A stretch of 52,386 nucleotides of DNA from Octopus bimaculoides (taxonomy: Eukaryota), in NCBI RefSeq assembly GCF_001194135.2, contig NC_068983.1, positions 4,632,397-4,684,782 of the forward strand. The letters run 5' to 3'. This document shows, piece after piece, positions 37,402 to 48,250 of this stretch (position 1 is its first letter; each line of letters opens with the position of its first letter). The translations under genes were made by a program, and so were the position numbers. The notes below the pieces were generated by a model. It was given only the letters and a program-made list of their open reading frames with translations. It was not told where the DNA came from and did no database searches.

Positions 37402-37709
37402 TGGTTTAGGACGAATGTTGCTGTAATTTAGCCCCAGGAGACATCGTCTCCAGCTGGCCATACGACACAATCTGTGTCCTTATATTTTCGAACAAGGGAA
37501 TCTAGCACCCCCACTCAGCTCAAAACAATATCTGTGTATCGCGATTTCCGGGTTATTTCCTGGAAATCGCGATACACAGATATTGTTTTGAGCTGAGTGG
37601 GGGTGCTAGATTCCCTTGTTAGAAAATATAAGGACACAGATCATGTCGTATAGCCAACTGGAGACGATGTCTCCTGGGGCTAAATTACAGCAACATTCGT
37701 CGTAAACCA
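37402..37709. repeat. 308-bp foldback palindrome (MITE-like)
   Basis: 148-nt arms (37402-37549, 37562-37709), no indels, 6 mismatches. Confidence 0.95.
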
Positions 37710-37917
37710 GGACTGCCATGTTATTATATTGGCAAACAATCTTTACTCTAAAGTACTGTTGCTGAATATCTCTTGTTGTGAGATTTACAATTAGTAATTT
37801 TCTAATTTAACCTCCATTAGGTAGAAATTTGTTGTTTTGGCCACGCTTTCCTTTGAGATTTCTCTTGAATTTCTGATTTCAACCTTGAATTCTTTCTTTG
37901 TTTTTCTTTGAATCTAG

Positions 37918-38029
37918 TCCTGCTGGTTGGGATACAGAAAAGAAAATATCTATTCTAAATGAAAATCTTGCAAACATGAAAGCTGAGGACCTGAGTGAAG
38001 ATATTCCCAGTAAACCAGTTGTAAGAAAG
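37918..38029 (+). CDS. DYNC1LI1/2 (Dlic): Dlic coding exon 8 (112 nt): [37 protein letters not shown]
   Basis: Pyrimidine tract plus tAG, GTAAGC donor; PAGWD..KKI.IL.EN motif. Confidence 0.96.
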
Positions 38030-38339
38030 GTAAGCTTACCTCCCCAGCCCCACTGCAGGGCACCTCGGGCAAGTGTCTTCTATTTCAGCTGTGGACTAAC
38101 CAAAGACTTATGAGTGCTCTTAGCAGATGGAAATTGAAAGAAACCCATCATTGTGTGTGTGTGTGTGTGAGTGCCACCCACTTTACAGAGTGTACAGGGT
38201 GCATTTTACTTGGCACTAGTGCCAACAAGGTTGCCTTGTAACTTTCAAGACAAAAGCCTCTTAGAAAATTACTATTTCTGAATCTCACAATGAGAGATAT
38301 TCAGCAACAGTACTTTGAAGTAAAGATTGTTTGCCAACA

Positions 38340-38441
38340 TAACATGGCAATCCTGGTTTAGTACGAATGTTGCTGTAATTTAGCCCCAGGAGACGTCGTC
38401 TCCAACTGGTTATATGACACGATCTGTGTCCTTATGTTTTC
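38340..38441. repeat. third, truncated copy of the foldback arm
   Basis: Reverse complement of 37621-37723, including the outer end TAACATGGCA(A/G)TCCTGGTTTA. Confidence 0.9.
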
Positions 38442-38500
38442 TCTGTTCACTGGTCTTGTGTTGATGGCTAAAAGCAGCTTCCCCAGCACAAGTCTGTACA

Positions 38501-38623
38501 TTCTGGGTAGCTGAGCACTGTGGATAGTCGCCATGGTATGCTTTTGGGATAAGTGGAATCTTCTGGGTAGCTGAGCACTGTGGATGGTCGCCATGGTATG
38601 CTTTTGGGATAAGTGGAATCTTC
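38501..38623. repeat. 60-bp tandem duplication (2 units)
   Basis: Units 38501-38560 and 38561-38620 differ at one A/G position. Confidence 0.95.
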
Positions 38624-39454
38624 CAACTGATCATTAACCCATGTTATTACAGATCAATCAGTGATAAACGAGGCCACATATATTTTCTTCCATCTCAAAG
38701 AATGGAAGTATTTCAACACTTTTATCTGTCTACATTCCCTTCTTGTTACCTTAGACACAGAAAACTTTGTTTTATTACATTATTGCACTAACCCTCCTCC
38801 CTCTACAACTACATTTCAGGAATGTTTTTAATTTATCCCAGTTTTATAATCATTATGTTTATAAGTTTTATTTTTTTTTAATATTGAAGAAAGAAAAGGA
38901 AAAAAAATTTAGAAAAATCAATTTTTCTGAAATATGGGAATGCAGTGATGTTTTTTTTTTTTTTAATCAAAGTATTTGACCCCCAAGATTTGTTAAGGGA
39001 AAAGTGAAAAAGTAGCATTGGTTTAAACGGGTTTCATATAAAGGAAATGGATTCCAATAACTTGAAAAGGGTAAATGAAATTGCTGCTATCCGAGCATGA
39101 CGTTAAAAGCACATCTGAGCGTGATTGTTGCCAAGGCCACGGATTGACCCCTGTGCTGGTGACACATGAAAAGCACCATTCGAGCGTGATTGTTGCCAGT
39201 ACCGCCTGACTGGCCCTCGTGCCGGTGGCACGTAAAAGCACCCACTACACTCTCTGAGTGGTTAGAGTTAGGAAGGGCATCCAGCTGTAGAAACTTTGCC
39301 AGTTCAGATTGGGCCTGGTGCAGCCTCTGGCTCACCAGACCTCAGTCAAACCGTCCAACCCATGCCAGCATAGAAAGTGGACGTTAAACAATGATGTTAG
39401 ATTATTGTCAGCAGTCTCTTTTTTTTGTAATGATTCTTTCCTGTATATTTGCAG

Positions 39455-39556
39455 CCTATCCAGAAAGATGCAGAAATTGTTGCTGAAGATGAACAAGTCT
39501 TTCTTATGCGTCAACAAAGCCTACTTAACAGTCAACCTGCTCCAGGTTCCACACCG
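39455..39556 (+). CDS. DYNC1LI1/2 (Dlic): Dlic coding exon 9 (102 nt): PIQKDAEIVAEDEQVFLMRQQSLLNSQPAPGSTP
   Basis: gcAG acceptor; EI.AEDEQVFL motif; donor GTCTGT inferred from phase, less certain than the start. Confidence 0.88.
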
Positions 39557-40645
39557 GTCTGTATCTCCTGACAATCCAATTGACATTTCTTGCTACTGCC
39601 ACCACCAGCCCCTGCAATAAACATTGGTTTCTTTTTGCTATTTAAAAACTTTTTTTATTTTATGCCCCTAACAAATGAACATCTTTACTAATAGCATGTT
39701 AAGTATGTCAGAGGTTGCCAACCTAATTCATATTGATCTCCAGAGGTTGGAGTGGGGTAGGGTGGGGGCTCCTCGATGGGGAAATTATGTAACGGTAAAG
39801 TGTTCTATTTTACTGTCAAAAACCCAGATGTTTGAGACTTAGAAATAATTACTGGAGAAGTGATTGTCATCATTCCTTAATCTTATTCTACAAAACAGAA
39901 TCTAAATTTACCCTTGTGAATTCTTTCTTTTTAGATGCAAATCATTTTGCAAAATTATTTCAGGCTCTCCAACATAAATTCTTGCAACAACAATGAAGGA
40001 TCAATAGTTTTGCCGATCCCTTTTGCCAGATTTGTTAAATAAGAACTTGCAATGCAATTTTATCTCGGTTGCTAAACAAAGAACAGAAACAGCAAAGCTT
40101 TTTTCAAAGATTATTTTGTACTTTTTTCTCCAGTTTCTCTTATTTTTACAAGAATGACCTGCCCTACATACAGTGTCATCTCATTGATACTGTAAATATA
40201 GTGTCATATAATATCTGATGCCTTAAATGCAATGTCATACATCTTATGTTATAAATACGGCATCATATCTTCATTGATGTTATAAATAGAGTATCATACC
40301 TCATTGATTTTGGAAATGCAGCCGGTGGCACGTGAAAAGCACCATTCGAGTGTGGTCAATGCCAGTACCGCCTGATTGGCCCTCGTGCCGGTGGAACGTA
40401 AAAAGCAGTGGTTGGAGTTAGGAAGGGCATCCAGCTGTAGAAACTTTGCCAGATCAGATTGGAGCCTGGTGCAGCCTTCTGGCTTGCCAGCCCTCGGTCA
40501 AACCGTCCAACCCATGCCAGCATGGAAAGCAGACGTTAAATGACAATGATGAGGTGTACCATGTCTCCTTGCAATATCTTTGCTAACGTGACAATAAACT
40601 GATGGAGAGAAATTACGTAAGCACATATTCAATACAGATTCCAGC

Positions 40646-40892
40646 GTATGGCGTAGTGGTTAAGAGTGCGGGCTACTAACCCCAAGATTCCGAGTTCGAT
40701 TCCAGGCAGTGACCTGAATAATAATATTGAAAGATACCTTAGGAATGAGACCCCTGATTCAAAATTTCCCCAAGACACCTGATGAAGGCTGGAGGGTATA
40801 TCAGCTGAAACCTTGTATTAGCAACAAACAAGATGAGGACAAATATCCGTCAAATGTAAATGATGTAAATAATTCCTCATAAATATAGAACT
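40646..40892 (+). mobile_element. tRNA-headed SINE with hammerhead-like core (copy 1), 10-bp TSD
   Basis: A-box TGGCGTAGTGG (40649), B-box GAGTTCGATTCC (40692), TSD AGATTCCAGC at 40636-40645 and 40893-40902. Confidence 0.88.
40774..40819 (+). ncRNA. minimal type I hammerhead ribozyme motif, probably impaired in this copy
   Basis: gacac-CTGATGA-A-GGCTG-(10 nt)-CAGCT-GAAA-C-CTT-gtatt; core boxes intact, stem II 5 bp, position 16.2 is C where G would be needed. Confidence 0.65.
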
Positions 40893-41068
40893 AGATTCCA
40901 GCTATCTTAGCCTTGGTATTTACATTTTCTAGTGATAGGGCTGACTATAATGTCTTCCAAGTCTTTCTTTACCAGATGTTATCTAATTACAACAATTATT
41001 TAAATCTTCGTAGAGGGTTTACTTCCTATTCTCTTCTTAACTTTCGGTACGTTTTTATATTCCGCTAG

Positions 41069-41176
41069 GAAACCCCTATACGTTCATCTGCAGGCGTCGC
41101 TAAGGGATCTCCATCTTCCCGATCATCACCAGGAGGCACTGGTTCTCCTACTTCAGGATCAGCTAGAAAAGTTCCA
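41069..41176 (+). CDS. DYNC1LI1/2 (Dlic): Dlic coding exon 10 (108 nt): ETPIRSSAGVAKGSPSSRSSPGGTGSPTSGSARKVP
   Basis: ttttatattccgctAG acceptor; Ser/Pro/Gly-rich linker expected at this position; donor is GTGAAT (41177) or GTTCCA (41171), both phase 0. Confidence 0.75.
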
Positions 41177-42249
41177 GTGAATATCACCGTTTTTCTTTCT
41201 ACTTCTTTTTCTCTACCTGTACAATGTTGTATGAAAGGAAGTGTGGAGTGTTTGGACTTGTTCAAAATAAGCATGTCTTTTACTATTTCATTTGAGGTGT
41301 TCACTTGACAGTCACTACTTTGGTCAGCATGACAACACATTGTTCTGCCTGGATGCTGGGCTGATTTTTTGTTGTTTTTCTTTTGGTCAGCAGTTTGGGG
41401 TTTTTTTTCTTCTTCTTTTTGCTGCCAATGCTAACATTATTTCAAGCAAGGATTATGTACACAATTCTAACAATGTCCTGTCTCAGTGGCTATTTTTAAT
41501 TTCACTTTAACTACAATGACAAACTATTTTCATTTTATAGAAGTTAGCTTTTTTTTTTCCCCCTTTTTTTCTAACTTATCGAGTTTTTTTTTTCTTCCCC
41601 CACTGCTTCAAGCCATTGACAACAGATATTAATGTTTTTATCACATTTGGTGAACAATAAGCACTTCTATGTTGTAATGAGCCAATCAGAGGTTCACTGC
41701 GTTTTTTATGGTGAATGTGCCAAGGGAGTGTTTGTACCTCAGTACAGAACAAGTCTCAATCCCTTGTCAGTATCCATTCCAGAAATATATACACGTTTAT
41801 CTGTGTGTATACATGTATACAGTACTTTTCTGCACAGTTTCCATCTATCAAGATTCTACTCTCAAGGTTTTGGTTAACCCAGAGCTTTGGTACAAGACAC
41901 TTTGTATGCCATACTGGGGAATGCAAACTTGGACTCCTGTACTTGTAAATTGAACTTGTTAACCACACAGCCATGCTTATACTCAAGTAACTGTCCTCAT
42001 CTCATTTAACTCTGTTCAACGTTGGCAATTTATATCATTAAAGATAATCATATTAGATTTATTTCATAACATTACCAATAACCTGTGGAATTTGGTTAAC
42101 ATTTAAAAACTGTTTTATAAGAATTATTAATTTAATTCTTACATTTGTTTGTGTTTTACTCTTAGGATATGATAAATATTCTTCTTCTATCAGTTTTTCA
42201 ATCCAATAATTATTAATTTCTTTTTCCCCCCAACCATCCAAGTGTTATT

Positions 42250-42720
42250 ATAGATATTGGTACAGTTTATCATTTCTTTCCACAGTTCTTTTCATTTTTA
42301 TTGAACTTTGCCAGGTTTTTTTGAGCTGCAGAGGTTGGGTTGTGGAGGGCAGACAAGGCAGTGATCCACATACACAGGAGGTTCGGCTGGACTTGTAGCC
42401 CCATCTGACCAAAGAAACTTGTGGTCGTCCTTTTCTCATTCTGAGGCAGTTGAGTGTCTTCTCTGTTGCTTTTGTGCCGGGAGAGAAGCCTTTAGCTGGG
42501 TAGGATTCTTATATCAGTTGGAGGTGGGAATTGTTCTCAGACTTCCATCCAGAGCTGGAGTCTGGGTTCCTCGTAAGTCATTGGCCCAGGAGTCGATACC
42601 TCAGGGCAAGGTGGCATTCATCACTAGGAGCTTTTATCATCTTGATTTAACTCTCCACTTTCCATCTGACCCCAGCAGTGGCAATGCCTGCTGGGAAGTT
42701 CTGGTAATGTCAGCTATTTA
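42250..42720 (-). pseudogene. LINE (RTE/RTEX-like) ORF2 C-terminal relic
   Basis: Minus frame KTLNCLRMRKGRPQVSLVRWGYKSSRTSCVCG resembles the TLNRLR.G.GR....L.KWG....C.CG motif. Confidence 0.5.
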
Positions 42721-43132
42721 AATATTACTCCTTAAACTTCAGTCCAACAGATACATTTATCTGTTGGGTTTCCCTGAAACATAAAAAGGCAGTTATTCTG
42801 GTAATTCTAGCATTTCTGATGAACTATTATCATTGTTACTGTATCAGTGTTGGATTGAAGTCTCATTTGATAAGCAATATGAAGTTGTTTTATAATTTTA
42901 AAATAGTGTTTAATAAGAAAGAGAAATAATCATTCTGAAGATGATTCAGAGATAAATTTCAGAAAACTCAGAGATACTATGACAATAAATTATTAGCCTC
43001 TTAAAACTTGAAGTAATTAGTGTGTATCAGGTGTGAAAGGTGTCAGGTTGCAATAGTAGTTGTAGTATTATGTTGTGAGACAATTCAACCAGGCTTGTGT
43101 TTTTTGCTGATTCTCTTTGATCTCTATTTCAG

Positions 43133-43211
43133 CTTGATTCCAAAACAGCTGGCACTGAAGGGATGTTGGCTAATTTCTTTAACAGTCTTCTCAGCAAGAA
43201 AACAGAGGCAG
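43133..43211 (+). CDS. DYNC1LI1/2 (Dlic): Dlic coding exon 11 (79 nt): LDSKTAGTEGMLANFFNSLLSKKTEA
   Basis: EG.LANFFNSLLSKK is the LIC C-terminal helix that binds Hook/BICD-type adaptors; tttcAG acceptor, GTAATA donor. Confidence 0.95.
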
Positions 43212-45053
43212 GTAATAAATCAGGTAAATGAATTGCACCATCTCTTTCAGACTTTTATCCGTTTCATTGTCAAACTGTATTGGCATTGATGTTTTCAATC
43301 TGGGCTGGTGGGAGGGATGACCGAGTGATCCCCCTCAAGTAACCACAATATTGCTCCCAGAAGCAGCAGTAACCCCCCCCCCCCGGGTGTTACACATCTG
43401 ACAGCAAGTACAAGTTTATAATCGACAGAAGCTGTGATGTCATCATTTATAACAACACTGCATGAATTTCCTAACCTTGTTATTTAGATATATCCCTGTC
43501 AGATATGTCATTGAGGTCCCCCCTTCATCCACCTTTGTACCTCTAATCTCTGCCTCTTCTCTCCCCTTCACCTCATCCCCCTACTTCTCATGTATCTACA
43601 GCTTTATTATACTTTCCTTCTCCAGCTCACCTTACCAACTCCTATATATTTCATTGCACTTTCCCCACCACCACCAAACTAAGATTCACCACATCCCCAC
43701 CTTCACCTGTGTCCACCACTCTCTGGATTTTCCTTTATCCTTATCTCTACTGTCTGTCACTTGCCTTTCACACATTTGCAAACCTACCCAACCAGCCACC
43801 CTTCATTCTTTCTTTATCCCCTTTTAGGGTGTGCCCTGACACCCCATTCCCACTATCCTTTCTCCTTTCCATGTTGTATATTCTGAATTCTCCTATCCAC
43901 CCCTGCCAACCTGCTTGTCTCCCTCCCCCCACTGCACTTCTTGTGCATTCAAAAGCTTACATTCTGTGTGGAAATCCTACTGCCACTTTTTCTGCATATC
44001 AATTGTAACCATTTCTGCGCAGTCAAAGAATCTTTTCTTCACTACCTCCTTCCTTCTCCTCCTCCTACTACTACTTTAGGTCTTTGCTAAGTTTACCGTA
44101 AGGCCTCTTGATTCTAGGCCTTGCTTCCATAATTCTAATTCCGTCAGCTGTAAGAATTACATCCAGCATGAAGAGAGTTCTTATGGACAGCCAATCTTGA
44201 CATCCAACAAACAGGGGAGGTGCTGACAGCTGATTTCTGGTGGATGCCTTTGTGCATGGCTTGTAAACTTCTCACAAGCCATTCACACACTGTTGTATGT
44301 CTCTCAAACCATTCATCTACTCTTAGTCTCCTAGTAACCGTGAAGTTTAGTGTGAAAATTTATGAAACACCTTCACCAAATTGATGAACGCAAGGTAGGG
44401 GTGCACACTCTCACCAAACTAAATGCTCCTACAGTTGTTTCCTCTTTTAGAAGACAACATCAGTTGCCCTTCACTCTGCCATAGAACCAAGTTGTGTCTT
44501 ATCTAGGCTAATTCTGTTCCTAATCGTATTACTCTTTTTTGTGTCTGTAGAAAGGTATGTATTTGTTGATTTTATCTTAGGAAATTTGAAAAACGTAAAG
44601 GGACGGGATTATGTACGCACCGACAAACCTTTTCTCCTTGCTCCCTTCATCACTCTTCTCCACTAACATGTGTCTAACCCTCATTGCCAAAGGGGGCAAG
44701 AGGTGAAGTAGAGAACTCCTTCCCCTCTTCACCTCTTGCCCCCTTTCTCTCCTTCACTTCCTGCCCTCTTCGCTCATTGCCTCTCTTCCAATTTCTTATT
44801 CTTCCCACTAACAGTAATGTTTCCTCAATGATTGTCTGTGTGAACTTCATAAATTGCTATTTACCAACATAGGCCAGCTTCATCTTTCTCGGTTTCTACT
44901 GTTTATTAATAACAACCATGTGTAGTTTTAACGAGGGACCATCATAAATTAGATGTAACTCTCCAGTTATTATAAAGCAGATTGTAGATAAAGTGTCTTA
45001 TTTGTTAATGTTTTGTTGTGTATTATTATAATGGATTGTGTCTTAATTTCCAG

Positions 45054-45175
45054 TTGACAAGGCTGCCGTAACTCGTGATGCTGCTGCCGAGCTGGACCGA
45101 TTAAATCGAACTAAGAAAACAGTAACTGCGGATGGTTCTCCCAGAGGTTCTAATGAGCCAGGCACGCCGACATAG
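45054..45175 (+). CDS. DYNC1LI1/2 (Dlic): Dlic terminal coding exon: (V)DKAAVTRDAAAELDRLNRTKKTVTADGSPRGSNEPGTPT*
   Basis: ttccAG acceptor in the phase left by exon 11; AELDR second-helix motif; TAG at 45173-45175. An extra small exon between 43211 and 45054 cannot be excluded. Confidence 0.88.
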
Positions 45176-46379
45176 AGGTCTTCTGTAGTCAATATGGCTT
45201 TGTGCGGCAGCCAACAGGATTATAAGTATGCATGGATGAATGAATGCTTACCAGAGAGGACTCTGTCTAGTCATCAGACTGTCTGTTGCAAACCATTACA
45301 GTTGCTGGTTGTTCATGCCCCATCATGTCAATGTTAACCTGTTGATCTTACCACAAATCAACTGTTAACAGATCTATTCTGAGAAATCTGGCTCTCTCTC
45401 TCTCATTTTCTTTTTCTTTTTTTTTATAGCTCTGCCAATTCCTACAAAAGTCTTCTCCACCCATTGTTGCCTTGCCACTCTCCCTTGTAGGAAAAATGTG
45501 TGTGTTTATGTATGTATACACACGTGTACATATGTATGTATTTGTATATACATGTGTGTACACACACACACACATATATATATGTAATACACCTCTTCAA
45601 TTGTGTAGGATTATCTTACACTTTCCAGCCCGTTTGTCTAAATATTCTCTCTTTCTGTTTGGCTAATCTATAGCTCCCTTCTTTTTAGTCCAAAATTCTT
45701 CCAATTTCTTTTCCCCATCCTCATCATCATAACAGCAGCCAATTATTGTCTGTTAGCAGGAGGGCTCTTATATTTTCAGGTTAGGTACATTAGTTTAAAG
45801 ATGGCCTCCTCACTATGTTTGACAGTTTAGAAGTAGTAAACGTAAGCAGTTATTGTCAGACTGGGGCTTGCCATCTTCTAGCTTCGTTGCTGAAACCAGA
45901 TGGATTAGAAGGATAAGAATGCACGGACTAGTCTGTACACAACACTTGGATATTGAGTTCATTTTTAATGGTTTAAACGTATTGGTTTAAGCTAGATTTA
46001 TTTATTCACCTACTGCTCCCCCCCCCCCCNNNNNNNNNNNNNNNNNNNNNNNNNNNNCACCACTATTCCCAAATTCAACAGCAATCCAGAATAATCTTAG
46101 GTTCATTAGAAAACCATTTTCGTTTCTTTCTAATGAATGGCGTAAAGATTTTTTGAAAAGCTGAAACTGACTCTTTGTGCCAGAGATCCCAGCGCTGTAA
46201 AGGCAGGGACCGAGTATTCCTCTACTTATTGTGTTCCAACATTCTTCTGCAATGCATTCATCGTGAATTCTAGGCCCAGAGCTAACCCTGAAGCCGCAGG
46301 CCCTGTTGTATCAAGGAGAATCTGTTTTTCTGCTCTCCCCCCTCTCATCTTTGCTGACAGCAGTGGACTAAGTGTCAAC

Positions 46380-46425
46380 CTTGTACAGAACAACACGTTG
46401 ACTTTTCAAAAGATAAAATTTTATT
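46380..46425 (-). terminator. candidate minus-strand cleavage/polyadenylation site
   Basis: Minus strand: U-rich run, AATAAA (46425-46420), 19 nt, CA, then GTGTTGTTCTGT GU-rich element. Confidence 0.45.
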
Positions 46426-46606
46426 GAGAAAAAAGTAAAACAAAAACACACAATGAAATATACTAAAACACCACATCCTCCTTGAAAAAATGTAAGAATG
46501 TTTTTATTATATAATTTATTAACATAATAATTTTAAATATTATTGTACATCGGTCTTGTTTGAAATACAATACATTTACACTTGTGTGTGTATGTATGTA
46601 TATATA

Positions 46607-46660
<54 letters not shown>

Positions 46661-46926
46661 CACATATATACATACATACATCCCACACACACACACACAC
46701 AAATATATAAAGTGTTTCATTTAAGAAAGAGAAAATACAAATTATAAAAAATTTCCAATATTCAATGTGTATCCTTAGATGCTTGTATTTTATTGCGGCT
46801 GAAAATATATATTTTTTAAACCTGAGTTATTTCTGTTCCCCGTCCCACCACATCCATTCTTAATATCTATCAAACACTCCTTTTTATGTATGTCCTCGTT
46901 CTTTTTTTCTTTTCTTCTCCGTCTGT

Positions 46927-46932
46927 AATAAA
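46927..46932 (+). terminator. first canonical AATAAA seen downstream of the Dlic stop
   Basis: Read by eye; the small gap at 46030-46057 is unsequenced. Confidence 0.3.
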
Positions 46933-48217
46933 TTTCTTCACAACATCTCTACATTTTCTCTCCCGCTGTCCTAGTTTTGGAATCTCTCTCTCTCTCTCTC
47001 TCTGTTATTTTTAGTCTTTAGCTTCCACCCCCACCCCCAACTTCCCTGCTGCCGCCACTTACCTTCCGTCTCCAAAATATTGGTTTTATTGCTTCTGTCT
47101 GGTGTTCCTTACATATTTGGAATTAAAACAAAATCCTATATCATTAAACCATTAAAACGTTTTTGCTTTGTGTCTAGCAGCCAGTGATGTTAACCCCTCC
47201 TCCCTCAATACTGTGATCCTTTACTTTGTTGCCAGACACTGCAAAATATGTAACCCTGGCTCCAGGAACATTGCTACTATCAATCTTTAGGGAGTCTACA
47301 TGTCCCCTCTCCTCCTCATCGTCCTGCCTCTTCTATGAATATTCCATAATATGCTAAGTTACTCTTTCTCTCTTTTTTTTTTTACTTTGAGATTGTTTAA
47401 TATATTTTTTTAACCCCATTTAATTATTAACATTATGAAAAATTAAAATTAATGGAGACTTCTTCACTAACAGTGAGTTACAGTATCTGTTTCATGAAAC
47501 ACAATGTTGTGTATTCAATTTCTGTTTAAGTTGACTTCTGGTATCAATAAGCATTTGGTAACAAACTGAAGTCTTAACAACCCCCAGTAATTATACCATT
47601 AAATTATTTCCAATAATGATTCGGTACCAAGCAGCAGATCGTTTGCTTTTCAGTTTAGTAGTAAACCAGATTATTTCAATTTCTCCCTTCCTTAGTCACT
47701 CCCCAAACCCTTGAATAACTTGATCCTCTTTTTATGTCTCATGGGCTTCATTAGTAAATTAGACCTATAGGTTTTAATTTGAACGTATTAATGATATGCT
47801 GAAATATTTAAATCCTTGGTGTGCTTAATGGAACAAGGAGTCAACGAGAATTTGTGTCCCTAAATATTTTAATTGGTAACCTTGATGATGGTCGTTACAC
47901 CATCCCCTCTTTTTTTCCCCACAATATAACAAAGGCTAAAAATCAAAACTATAACTGGCCCCAAAGAGGGACATTCTCCAGGCCACAGCATTTGTTTCCA
48001 TTCAGAAAAAGTCAGTGCTTTCTCATAGTGTGTACATGTGTGTGTATATACATATATATATATGTATGTATGTATATGTGTGTGTAAGTATACACACATA
48101 CATTTGTGTGTTTCTTTGTTAAATCACTTTCAGGGACTAAGGTCTTTGAAATCAGAAACGAAATGATTTCCATGTTTACTCTGGGATGTTAGTTATTTGA
48201 GGATTATACCACCATTT

Positions 48218-48250
<33 letters not shown>

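Noticed and set aside
40646-40712. tRNA genes (also 27491-27560 and other SINE heads)
   Set aside because: No complete cloverleaf or acceptor stem; they continue into SINE bodies bounded by TSDs.
46102-46137. 11-bp stem-loop in the putative 3' UTR (also an 8-bp stem at 32887-32907)
   Set aside because: Short and largely AT-rich, no known motif such as SECIS or histone stem-loop; compatible with chance.
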